NCBI GenBank assembly: GCA_963799725.1
Contig: CAWCYJ010000001.1
Coordinates: 67,485 to 131,484, forward strand
Length of the DNA stretch: 64,000 bases
Source of the DNA: an uncultured Pseudomonadota bacterium
GTDB taxonomy: Bacteria; Chloroflexota; UBA5177; JAJPKF01
Direction of reading: 5' to 3'
Shown: one piece after another, positions 18,897 to 27,210 of the stretch
Numbering within the stretch: the stretch's first letter is position 1
Layout of the letters: every line of letters starts with the position of its first letter
Position numbers and translations under genes: made by a program
The notes under the pieces: generated by a model
Told to the model about the DNA's origin: nothing
Databases searched by the model: none
The model's input: the letters and a program-made list of their open reading frames with translations, nothing else

Positions 18897-18897
18897 G

Positions 18898-19878
18898 TCA
18901 CGGTCTGTCGCCGAAGGACGACTTCTCGCCATACCCCTGAGCTACCGCCTGCTCATAGACAAACCGTGCTGTTGTGACATCTTCCACGGCGAGTCCCAGC
19001 GATTTAAAGACGGTGATGTCTTTCTCGGTCGAGCGGCCGGCACGATCTCCGGTCAGTACGGCTCCGAGTTGGACCACATTGTCCCAGCTCAACTGTCCAT
19101 CCCCGGACGGGATCAGCAAATCACCGGCCTCAATCTTCGCCTGCTCGATGGAGTCAACCGCCACCGTAGATGCTCGGGCCAGCACCTCTGAGTCGAGCTC
19201 CCGTCTATCCGGCTGGTTCGACCCTGCGGCGTTGACATGGGTACCAGGTGTCAGCCATGCTCCCTCCACAGTTGGTTTGGAGGAGGTGGTGATGGTCGTA
19301 ACGATAGCTGCCGCACTCACTGCCGCTTCAGCCGTCGTGGTTGGGACTACTTCTATCGCCAGACGCTGTTCCATGTCCGTGGCAAACTCGGCTCTACGTG
19401 TCGAGTTCCGGCTGAAGACGTATACCTTCTCAAGCTGACGCACAGCCGCTACTGCTTCAAGCTGCGTCTGGGCCTGGCCACCCGTCCCAATGATCGCCAC
19501 GGTAGATGCATCTTTGCGCGCCAAAGCGTCTGTTGCCACTCCAGATGCCGCTCCGGTTCGTATTCTGCCGAGCCAGTCCGCCTCGATTAAGGCCAGCAAT
19601 TCGCCACGCTCACTGTCCCACAGAGCCACAAGAAAGGTGGTGCCCCTCCGGCTGCTTGCATAGGCTTTGAGACCGATGGCATGGCTACGGAAGGAGGCGC
19701 CTGACATCGAGCTAAAGATGCATCCTTCTCCCTTGATGCGACGGCGCGGTTGATTCACAGCTTGGCCGCGTTCCCAATCCTCCAGCACCTGCCGCACAAG
19801 AGCCACAGCCTGATCCATCGGAAGCAAAGCACGAACGTCGGCCTCACGCAGCAATAGCGCCATCAATGCACCCCACAA
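18898..19878 (-). CDS. Ornithine cyclodeaminase / mu-crystallin family protein
   Basis: 326 aa. LLREADVRALLPMDQAVALV..., GLKAYAS..., RTGAASGVATDALARKDASTVAIIGTGGQAQTQLEAV is the NAD-binding signature of the OCD/mu-crystallin family. Confidence 0.85.
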   Translation of the reverse strand: MWGALMALLLREADVRALLPMDQAVALVRQVLEDWERGQAVNQPRRRIKGEGCIFSSMSGASFRSHAIGLKAYASSRRGTTFLVALWDSERGELLALIEADWLGRIRTGAASGVATDALARKDASTVAIIGTGGQAQTQLEAVAAVRQLEKVYVFSRNSTRRAEFATDMEQRLAIEVVPTTTAEAAVSAAAIVTTITTSSKPTVEGAWLTPGTHVNAAGSNQPDRRELDSEVLARASTVAVDSIEQAKIEAGDLLIPSGDGQLSWDNVVQLGAVLTGDRAGRSTEKDITVFKSLGLAVEDVTTARFVYEQAVAQGYGEKSSFGDRP

Positions 19879-20079
19879 AAATGGTGGCTCGAAGAGCCAC
19901 CTCTCATCGATTCTAGCGAGTGACTAAGATACCGAAACTTGAGCCTAGCAGAGAAGGATCGAATACTGTCGGCGTCCTGGAGAAACGTGCTGGACTCTTC
20001 TCAATTGGCTACCCACCTCACCCTGACATCGTCGGGGCGGCGGTAGAATGGAGCACCATCTACGGCGAAAGAGGTTTCC

Positions 20080-20301
20080 ATGCAAACCGTGCTCAGCTGC
20101 GAAAATTGCCGGCGATCTGACTTCGCACCATTTCTCATGCTGGCAGAAGCAGATACCGTGGGAAGTGCTTCGCAACGCCTTTGGCTTCAGTGCCTCCACT
20201 GCAAGGACGTCCTCGTCATGTCGGTTGATCCAGAGGTCCAAAATCAACTTATCGAGCTGGTGGAGGACGACGAGGAGGAGATCCGTAGCAGCGACGCGTG
20301 A
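20080..20301 (+). CDS. Small zinc-ribbon protein with an acidic tail (hypothetical)
   Basis: 73 aa. CENC...(33 aa)...CLHC is a four-Cys ribbon. C-terminus: ELVEDDEEEIRSSDA. RBS AAGAGG 6 nt upstream of the ATG. Confidence 0.45.
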   Translation: MQTVLSCENCRRSDFAPFLMLAEADTVGSASQRLWLQCLHCKDVLVMSVDPEVQNQLIELVEDDEEEIRSSDA

Positions 20302-20442
20302 CTTTCGTGAGACAAGCCGGTTTCACGAGAGCTGACACTGTTCGGACTGCTATGGACGCAGCTAGAGAGGCCTCAATCGCTCGGAAATGTACGCTTTGGC
20401 AAGAACGTATCCAGTCCTGTCGTATGGATGGGATGACTTCAG

Positions 20443-20718
20443 GTGACTGAGGAGCCACTTACGATCAAGGTCTTCTATCAAGAGGAAGACTTTGCAGTCC
20501 AATCAATCCTCCGGGAGCTTGACGATTTGGATATGCCCTATGAGAGGCTGCTCTTGTCTGAAGCCTCTGAAGAGGATCTTGCCCGATTGTCTCAGGCTGC
20601 AGGACGATCTCCGGAATCTCCGACCGTTGAGATCAACGGCGAGGTTTTGGTTGCACCAACTCCAGCCAACGTCATGAGCGCCATTATGCATGCTCGTTCC
20701 GGCGGTTTCTATCAGTAG
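20443..20718 (+). CDS. Glutaredoxin-fold-like small protein lacking the CxxC motif (hypothetical)
   Basis: 91 aa. The beta-alpha-beta pattern IKVFYQEEDFAVQSILRELDDLDMPYERLLL...SPTVEINGEVLV resembles Grx/NrdH-like folds, but no Cys is present. GTG start with a weak RBS. Confidence 0.35.
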   Translation: MTEEPLTIKVFYQEEDFAVQSILRELDDLDMPYERLLLSEASEEDLARLSQAAGRSPESPTVEINGEVLVAPTPANVMSAIMHARSGGFYQ

Positions 20719-20884
20719 ACGATGAAGTACCGCTGCCCCGTGATCCTAAGCAGCCGTCTCCAAGGACGCTCCGTCTCGCTGCTGGTGCTTATCGGAGGCT
20801 CCTCAGTAGTCGAGTGGCTTAAACTATAGGCGCCCATGTCGCACCAGTACCAAGTCGGAGTAGAAGTGCTGTGATCGAAAGCCA

Positions 20885-22675
20885 ATGAAACCAACCGACG
20901 TACGCAATCCCTCGTACTATCACAAGGTCGTCGATTGCCAGTGGGCCTGTCCCGCTCACACGAACGTTCCGGAGTACATTCGCCTGATTGCTCAAGGACG
21001 CTATACCGATGCCTATATGGTCAATCGGGAATCGAACGTGTTTCCGGCGATTCTAGGACGCACCTGCGACCGCCCCTGTGAACCGGCATGCAGGCGCGAA
21101 CGAGTAGATGGCAAGCCGGTGGCGATCTGTAGGTTGAAGCGGGTTGCGGCTGACAACCGGGGTGACATCTCGGATCGCATGCCGCTGATACCCGAGGTCA
21201 AGAATGGCAAACGGATCGCTTGTATCGGCTGCGGGCCGGCCTCACTCACTGTCTGTAACGACCTCATACCTCTCGGGTACGAGGCTACGATCTTCGAGCA
21301 GCATGACAAGCCTGGCGGTTTGATGCGGACGAATATTCCTGCATTCCGGCTTCCGGAGCATGTCCTTATGGAAGAGGTCAATCAGATCATTGGAATGGGT
21401 GTAGAGGTCCTATACAACACTCCGGTCGACAGCTTGGGAGAGCTTCTTGCCAAGGATTACGACGCCGTCTTCATCGGGAGTGGTGCCCCACGAGGCAAGG
21501 AGCTGGACATCCCTGGTCGCCATGACGAGGAGGGTGAGACCCATATCCACATCGGAATCGACTGGCTCGAATCCATTGCCTTCGAGCATATCGACTCCAT
21601 CGGTGAGCGGGTCCTAATTATTGGCGTTGGTAATACGGCGATGGACTGCTGCCGATCATCGAGGCGGCTCGGCGGCAAAGACATCAAGGTGATGGCGCGT
21701 AGACCTCGGCCCTTCTTCAAAGCCTCCCCATGGGAGCTCGATGACGCCGAGGAAGAGGGAGTGGACATCCTGATCAACCACGCTCCGAAGCGTTTTGTTG
21801 TGGAGGATGGCAAGCTGGTTGGGATGGAGTTCGATCGTTTGGAGTGGGATAGCGACGGGCGAAAGTCTACCGTGCTGGACTCCGTTGTTCTTCCATGTGA
21901 CGACGTCATTCTCGCGATCGGCCAAGAGAATGCCTTTCCTTGGATCGAGCGAGACCTCGGGATCGAGTTCGGCGAGTGGGACATGCCGGTAGTCGATCGC
22001 ACGACCTTTCAGTCCACACGTCCCGGTGTCTTCTTCGGCGGCGATGCGGCGTGGGGTCCCGAGAACATCATCTGGGCTGTGGAGCATGGCCACCAAGCGG
22101 CTATCTCGATCCACAACTACTGCAGTAGTATTTCGGTGGCTGAGCGGCCGCCCCAGCACATGAACCTCCTTAGTCAAAAAATGGGTCTAAGCGAATGGAG
22201 TTATCACAACGACTACAATCCCGCAAAGCGTCAAAAGATGGAGCATGTCGATCTCAAACGACGCTTTGAAGACCTGCATGTTGAGGTGGAGCTGGGCTTC
22301 ACCGCGGAACAAACCGCTCGAGAAGTTCAACGCTGTCTTAACTGCGACATTCAGACGGACTTCACCGCGCCGCTTTGCATTGAGTGTGATGCCTGCGTCG
22401 ACGTGTGTCCTGTCCAGTGCCTGACGATCACCCACGACGGGGATGAAATGGATCTGCGTGGCCGGCTTATGGCTCCGGCCACCAACCTCCAGCAGGCTCT
22501 CTATGTTTCGGAAGCCCTTCCTCAAACGGGACGAGTCATGGTTAAGGACGAGGATGTTTGCGTCCACTGTGGGCTATGCGCCGAGCGATGCCCGACGGCA
22601 GCATGGGATATGCAAAAATTCGAGCTCCTCATTCCATACGCCGGTACAGTCGAGCTCTCGCTTGCTTCGGCTTAG
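20885..22675 (+). CDS. GltD-family (glutamate synthase small-subunit-like) FAD/NAD(P) oxidoreductase fused to a C-terminal 2x[4Fe-4S] ferredoxin domain
   Basis: N-terminal Fe-S module: CQWACPAHTNVPEYIRLIAQGRYTDAYMV.RESNVFPAILGRTCDRPCEPACRR. Dinucleotide motifs: IACIGCGPASLTVCNDL and VLIIGVGNTAMDC. C-terminus: CLNCD...CIECDACVDVCP and CVHCGLCAERCP. Confidence 0.8.
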   Translation: MKPTDVRNPSYYHKVVDCQWACPAHTNVPEYIRLIAQGRYTDAYMVNRESNVFPAILGRTCDRPCEPACRRERVDGKPVAICRLKRVAADNRGDISDRMPLIPEVKNGKRIACIGCGPASLTVCNDLIPLGYEATIFEQHDKPGGLMRTNIPAFRLPEHVLMEEVNQIIGMGVEVLYNTPVDSLGELLAKDYDAVFIGSGAPRGKELDIPGRHDEEGETHIHIGIDWLESIAFEHIDSIGERVLIIGVGNTAMDCCRSSRRLGGKDIKVMARRPRPFFKASPWELDDAEEEGVDILINHAPKRFVVEDGKLVGMEFDRLEWDSDGRKSTVLDSVVLPCDDVILAIGQENAFPWIERDLGIEFGEWDMPVVDRTTFQSTRPGVFFGGDAAWGPENIIWAVEHGHQAAISIHNYCSSISVAERPPQHMNLLSQKMGLSEWSYHNDYNPAKRQKMEHVDLKRRFEDLHVEVELGFTAEQTAREVQRCLNCDIQTDFTAPLCIECDACVDVCPVQCLTITHDGDEMDLRGRLMAPATNLQQALYVSEALPQTGRVMVKDEDVCVHCGLCAERCPTAAWDMQKFELLIPYAGTVELSLASA

Positions 22676-22774
22676 GGCGAGCAGGTCCGAGGAGGGCCCT
22701 TGCGCTACCTAGAATCTGGAGTGGCGGAGAACGCCCTCAATCTGCCACCGACTCATGCTTGGTAAAATGCGTTG

Positions 22775-22990
22775 AAGCCGGTGCGCATGAGTGAAGAAGT
22801 AGCTGGATAAGCACCAGTTCAAGCGATGGGGCCGATGGTGAAAGAGCCCCAACTGTGCCCAGTGAAGGTCGCACTCTAGCCGGTTCCGGTGGCTCCGTTC
22901 GCCACCAGAGGACGGCGATTTTTTCGCCGTTGAATACGGGTGGTACCACGCATGTAAGCGCGTCCTGAGTGGACGCGCTTTTTTGTTTCT
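22775..22990 (+). promoter_or_regulatory. T-box riboswitch leader controlling valS
   Basis: Stem I 5' side GCGCATGAGTGAAGAAGTAGCTGG (22783-22805) carries the GA/K-turn and AGTA-like elements. The distal region has GGTGAAAG (22838-22845). The specifier-loop 3' side is GAAGGTCG (22864-22871) and contains the Val codon GUC. Two further hairpins lie at 22889-22907 and 22912-22930. The T-box motif AATACGGGTGGTACCACG is at 22933-22950, followed by a terminator. A -10-like TAAAAT at 22763-22768 is correctly placed for the leader start. Confidence 0.8.
22956..22990 (+). terminator. Intrinsic terminator of the T-box leader
   Basis: Perfect 10-bp stem AAGCGCGTCC-tgagt-GGACGCGCTT followed by TTTTGTTTCT. 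Confidence 0.8.
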
Positions 22991-23129
22991 CAGCAAGTGA
23001 GCCGCCCATCCAACCATTTGCTTCATTCCTGAACATTTGGTGGTGTCGAGAAGGCTATACCGGAGGCAGTTCCGGAACCTTGTTGACGGTCGTTATCGGA
23101 ACAGTCGAAAAGTGAGGAGGGTCCAGATA

Positions 23130-25820
23130 GTGACGATTGAATCAGCTTCAATCCAAGAGCTTCCCAAGACGTACTCCGCCGCTTCGGTTGAGAGCCGGCT
23201 TTACCAGTTTTGGGAGGAACATGGATACTTTAGGCCTGGCCCTTTACACGAGGGAGAGGGTCACTTCGCAATCACGATTCCGCCCCCGAATGTCACAGGT
23301 GAGTTACACCTCGGACACGCCCTCACCTACACGATCGAGGATGTACTGGGACGTTTCAAGCGGATGCTGGGTTACGAAACTCTCATCCTTCCCGGGACCG
23401 ACCATGCGAGCATTGCGGTTCATACAAAGGTCGAGGCGCTGCTAGCAGAACGTGGCGAAACTCGCCGCGATATCGGTCGGGAGCGATTCGTCGAGGAAGC
23501 ATGGGCTTGGAAAGAGCGCTACGGGCGAGCCATCGACCTCCAGTTCCGAGCTTTGGGTGAGGGCTATGACTGGAGCCGCGAGCGCTTCACCATGGATCCG
23601 GAGTACCACCGAGCCGTGAACACCATGTTCGTAAGGCTCTACGATGAGGGTTACATTTACCGTGGCTCTCGGGTAATCAATTGGTGTCCCGACTGTCGCA
23701 CCGGAATCTCCGATATCGAGGTCCGTCAGGATCTCCGCGAAGATAGCCTCTTCTACGTTCGGCTGCCGTTTTCGGACGGATCTGGTGACATCGTTGTGGC
23801 AACGGTGAGGCCCGAGACCATGCTTGGTGACGTAGCAGTAGCAGTTCACCCTGATGACGAGCGGTACCAAAGCGCAGCGGGGAAGACCATTACGCATCCA
23901 ATCACAGGTGCGGAGTTACCGGTGGTTCAGGATGCATTCGTGGATCCGAGGTTTGGGACGGGGGCCGTTAAGATTACCCCTGCCCATGACTATGCCGATT
24001 TCGAGGTTGCCGAGCGCCATCACCTACCGATGCCAGTCGTCATTACCCCTGAAGCAACCATGGCGAAGGATACCGGCCAGCCCTATGCGGGGTTGAGCGT
24101 TGAGCGAGCGCGGGAGGTTGCGGTCGACTATCTGCGGCGGGAGGGCTACCTCATCAAAGAAGAGCCGTATGTTCACAACGTGCCTCTGTGCGATCGCTCC
24201 GGCACAGTGATCGAACCGCTGCTCTCGGAACAGTGGTTCATGCGCATGGAGGACCTCGCAAGGCCTGCCATCGACGCGGTTCGAGAAGGTAAGGTGCGGT
24301 TCGTCCCAGAGCGTTGGACGAAAGTGTACCTGGACTGGATGGAAAACATCAGGCCCTGGAACATCTCTCGTCAGCTTTGGTGGGGACAGAGAATTCCCAT
24401 CTTTACTTGTGCTAATGGGCATGTCCAGGCCTCTGTAGACCGACCAGAAGTGTGTGGGAAATGCGACTCCACGCTGTTGCATCAGGATCCTGACGTGTTA
24501 GACACCTGGTTCAGCTCGGCCATCTGGCCATTTGCCACGCTCGGATGGCCCGACAGGACTGAAGACTTGCAGAGGTTTTATCCCACATCCTTTATGAACA
24601 CCTCTAGCCAGATTCTCTACCTTTGGATCGCCCGGATGATCATGATGGGAATTCATTTCATGGGAGACATCCCGTTTCCGGTGGTGCTGATCAACCCCAC
24701 GATTCTGAACGAAAAAGGTCAGAGGATGAGCAAGTCGCTCGGAACGGGTATCGATCCACTGGAGACCGTCGAGCGGTATGGAGCGGACGCGACCCGGTTT
24801 GGTGTCCTCTCTGCGGGAAGCATCATGCAGCAAGAGATTCGAATCTCCGGATACGAGAAGGCAGAGGAAGGACGCAACTTTACGAACAAGATCTGGAATG
24901 CTGCCCGGTTCGTGCTACAGAACGTGGGCGAGTCCAAGGGGTTGGATCTTAACGGGGAGTCATTTCCGCTCGCCGATCGCTGGATACTCAGCCGGCTTAA
25001 CACCGTAACCAACGATGTGACCCAATCACTGGAGTCGTATGATCTGACTCGCGCCGTCCATACGATCTACGACTTCTTCTGGAGCGAGTTCGCGGACTGG
25101 TACATAGAGATAAGCAAGTCGCGGTTGGGTGGCACAGAGGGCGGAACGGTTCGGGCGGTGCTGTGGTCGATTCTTGACAGGACAATGCGGTTGCTACACC
25201 CCTTCATGCCGTTTGTCACGGAGGAGGTGTGGCAGCAATTGAAGAACATAGAATCACCTCAGGGACTACAGCTGTCGATGTTATCGGGTCCCCTACCCGA
25301 CTCAATCATGATTGCTCCATGGCCGCAAACCGGTACCTCTGACAGGGATGCCGAAGCTAGCATGGCGGTACTAATGAACGTGGTTCGAGCGATTCGAAAC
25401 CTGCGGGCCGAGCATGGAGTCAAGCCGCGAGATCGCATCCAGATCGCGGTTGAATCAGATAGCCACCAACAGTTGCTTGCTCAGGAAGGAGAACTTATCG
25501 AGGCACTGGCCGGGGTTAAGGTGATGGAGGATTCCAGTGTCGGCGCCTCCGGGGATGTTGCCGAGCTGGTTGTCGAAGCGACGACAATTCGTGTTCCTCT
25601 TGCCCAGCTAACCAATATCGAAGAGGAGATTCGGCGAATAACCAAAGAGATTTCGCGGCTCAAGTCGGAGGCGGAACGTGCGCGCGTTCTCCTGGAAAAC
25701 ACTGGCTTCACCTCTAAAGCTCCGGAGAATATCGTTGACGCTGAACGCACCAAGCTTAAGACTGCCGAGACCTCACTTGAGCAGCTGGAAGCGAGTCTAG
25801 CTCGCTTGAGCAGGAGGTAA
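23130..25820 (+). CDS. valS: Valine--tRNA ligase
   Basis: LPKTYSAASVESRLYQFWEE.GYF; the HIGH motif as PPPNVTGELHLGHAL; the KMSKS motif as QRMSKSLGTGIDP; a C-terminal coiled coil. The track ORF starts at 23037, but GTG 23130 has GAGGAGGG 8 nt upstream, and the 5' extension is Arg-rich and abuts the leader. Confidence 0.95.
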   Translation: MTIESASIQELPKTYSAASVESRLYQFWEEHGYFRPGPLHEGEGHFAITIPPPNVTGELHLGHALTYTIEDVLGRFKRMLGYETLILPGTDHASIAVHTKVEALLAERGETRRDIGRERFVEEAWAWKERYGRAIDLQFRALGEGYDWSRERFTMDPEYHRAVNTMFVRLYDEGYIYRGSRVINWCPDCRTGISDIEVRQDLREDSLFYVRLPFSDGSGDIVVATVRPETMLGDVAVAVHPDDERYQSAAGKTITHPITGAELPVVQDAFVDPRFGTGAVKITPAHDYADFEVAERHHLPMPVVITPEATMAKDTGQPYAGLSVERAREVAVDYLRREGYLIKEEPYVHNVPLCDRSGTVIEPLLSEQWFMRMEDLARPAIDAVREGKVRFVPERWTKVYLDWMENIRPWNISRQLWWGQRIPIFTCANGHVQASVDRPEVCGKCDSTLLHQDPDVLDTWFSSAIWPFATLGWPDRTEDLQRFYPTSFMNTSSQILYLWIARMIMMGIHFMGDIPFPVVLINPTILNEKGQRMSKSLGTGIDPLETVERYGADATRFGVLSAGSIMQQEIRISGYEKAEEGRNFTNKIWNAARFVLQNVGESKGLDLNGESFPLADRWILSRLNTVTNDVTQSLESYDLTRAVHTIYDFFWSEFADWYIEISKSRLGGTEGGTVRAVLWSILDRTMRLLHPFMPFVTEEVWQQLKNIESPQGLQLSMLSGPLPDSIMIAPWPQTGTSDRDAEASMAVLMNVVRAIRNLRAEHGVKPRDRIQIAVESDSHQQLLAQEGELIEALAGVKVMEDSSVGASGDVAELVVEATTIRVPLAQLTNIEEEIRRITKEISRLKSEAERARVLLENTGFTSKAPENIVDAERTKLKTAETSLEQLEASLARLSRR

Positions 25821-25908
25821 GTAGTGGGAAACCCCTTGCGTTTAGATCGACACGGACAAGATCCATCCGGGGAAGTCCATTGGCTAGCGTAGAGCGTCTC
25901 TTACCGCG

Positions 25909-27210
25909 ATGGATAATATCCAACCAGCTCCGTCCGGCCTTGTGCATCTGACGGGAGACGAGAATCCGCCGGAGATGATCGCGAACAATTTCATGGAGCT
26001 GTCCGCCCTTGAACTGATTCGTTCGGAGGGTGTTCGGATCGTCTTTGGGCCGGGTCAACCTCAGGACCGCATTGACCTGGTCTCTGGAATGAGCGAGTGG
26101 CAGCAAATTCTCGTTGGTGATGGGCCGGGAGTGCAGCCAAGCATCTTCGCGTTTGCTCCTGGTGATGATCTTGACCGCGAAGCTATCGAGCAGCTTCAGG
26201 ATACATTCGTGAGACGGATAGCCTCTTCCCAGAGCGGTCGCAGCGGCTCGTCCAGTCCGTTAACCCTTCGCCTCGTGACGATCCTCTATTTCCGGTCCAT
26301 CGCGCCTTCGGAGGCTAGGACCATAAGTCGAATAGTACCGGGACAGTTCTATCAAGGTCTTCGACCTCAGCTTTGGGTGGTCGATCTATCTACGGCTCGA
26401 GTATGGTCGGGTCGGCGCCTCCGTCCACCGAGCCGTGCGGAAAGGGCTGTTGAGCTGGCTGCTAGGGAGGCGCGATCCGGACGACCGGTGGATTCCATGG
26501 AGGTCGCGCTAGTCCAGGAGGAGTCAGAGACTCAAAGGTGGCAGTTTGTAAGCCGGATGAGGAGCGGCGCCCCCTACGTCACATACGCGCTATTGGGCCT
26601 CATCTGGCTCGTCTTTCTTCTCGAGTCACTTTATCGGGGAGGGCCGGGAAGTGGACGGGATTTGTTGCACTTCGGAGCACTCCAGCCAATTCTTGTGCAA
26701 CACGGGGAATGGTGGCTGCTGCTGACGGCAATGTTTGTTCACGTCAGCATCCTCCATATCGGATTCAACTCAATTGCCCTGTACAGCATCGGCAATCTTG
26801 TCGAGCGCATCTACGGCTCCCTACGCTACGCAGTTATTTACTTTGTTTCCGGCATATTCGCCTCTCTGGCAAGCTTTGGCTTCTTGGTTTTGACCCATCA
26901 CACCCATGAGGTTGCGGCTGGCGCCTCTGGAGCAATCTTTGGAATTGCTGGAGTGGTGATTGTGCTAGGCGTGCTGCGCCACTCGATTGTTCCCAGGGCG
27001 GTGGCCCTCCAGCTCTCCGTCTTCATGCTCGTCCTGATAGTCGTTAATATTGGTCTCGATGCCTTCACGCCCGGCATTGATATTCGGGCGCATATCGGCG
27101 GGTTGGTTGTCGGATTGGTACTCGGATACGTAATGGCACCCCGCAGTGCCGTGCAGGCAGGAGATGAGCTCACCACTGACAGGCGAAGCGGAAGGCAGTA
27201 TGGATCCTGA
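25909..27210 (+). CDS. Rhomboid-family intramembrane serine protease with a ~210-aa N-terminal cytoplasmic domain of unknown type
   Basis: C-terminal half: GEWWLLLTAMFVHVSILHIGFNSIALYSIG..ERIYGS.RY..IYF.SGI..., catalytic GASGAIFG, and a later AHIGG. No family recognised in the N-terminal part. Confidence 0.8.
   Translation: MDNIQPAPSGLVHLTGDENPPEMIANNFMELSALELIRSEGVRIVFGPGQPQDRIDLVSGMSEWQQILVGDGPGVQPSIFAFAPGDDLDREAIEQLQDTFVRRIASSQSGRSGSSSPLTLRLVTILYFRSIAPSEARTISRIVPGQFYQGLRPQLWVVDLSTARVWSGRRLRPPSRAERAVELAAREARSGRPVDSMEVALVQEESETQRWQFVSRMRSGAPYVTYALLGLIWLVFLLESLYRGGPGSGRDLLHFGALQPILVQHGEWWLLLTAMFVHVSILHIGFNSIALYSIGNLVERIYGSLRYAVIYFVSGIFASLASFGFLVLTHHTHEVAAGASGAIFGIAGVVIVLGVLRHSIVPRAVALQLSVFMLVLIVVNIGLDAFTPGIDIRAHIGGLVVGLVLGYVMAPRSAVQAGDELTTDRRSGRQYGS

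Noticed and set aside
23037-23129. 5' extension of the valS ORF (track start 23037)
   Set aside because: The 31 extra residues are Arg-rich (MVVSRRLYRRQFRNLVDGRYRNSRKVRRVQI). A strong RBS precedes GTG 23130, and the extension begins only about 45 nt after the T-box terminator.
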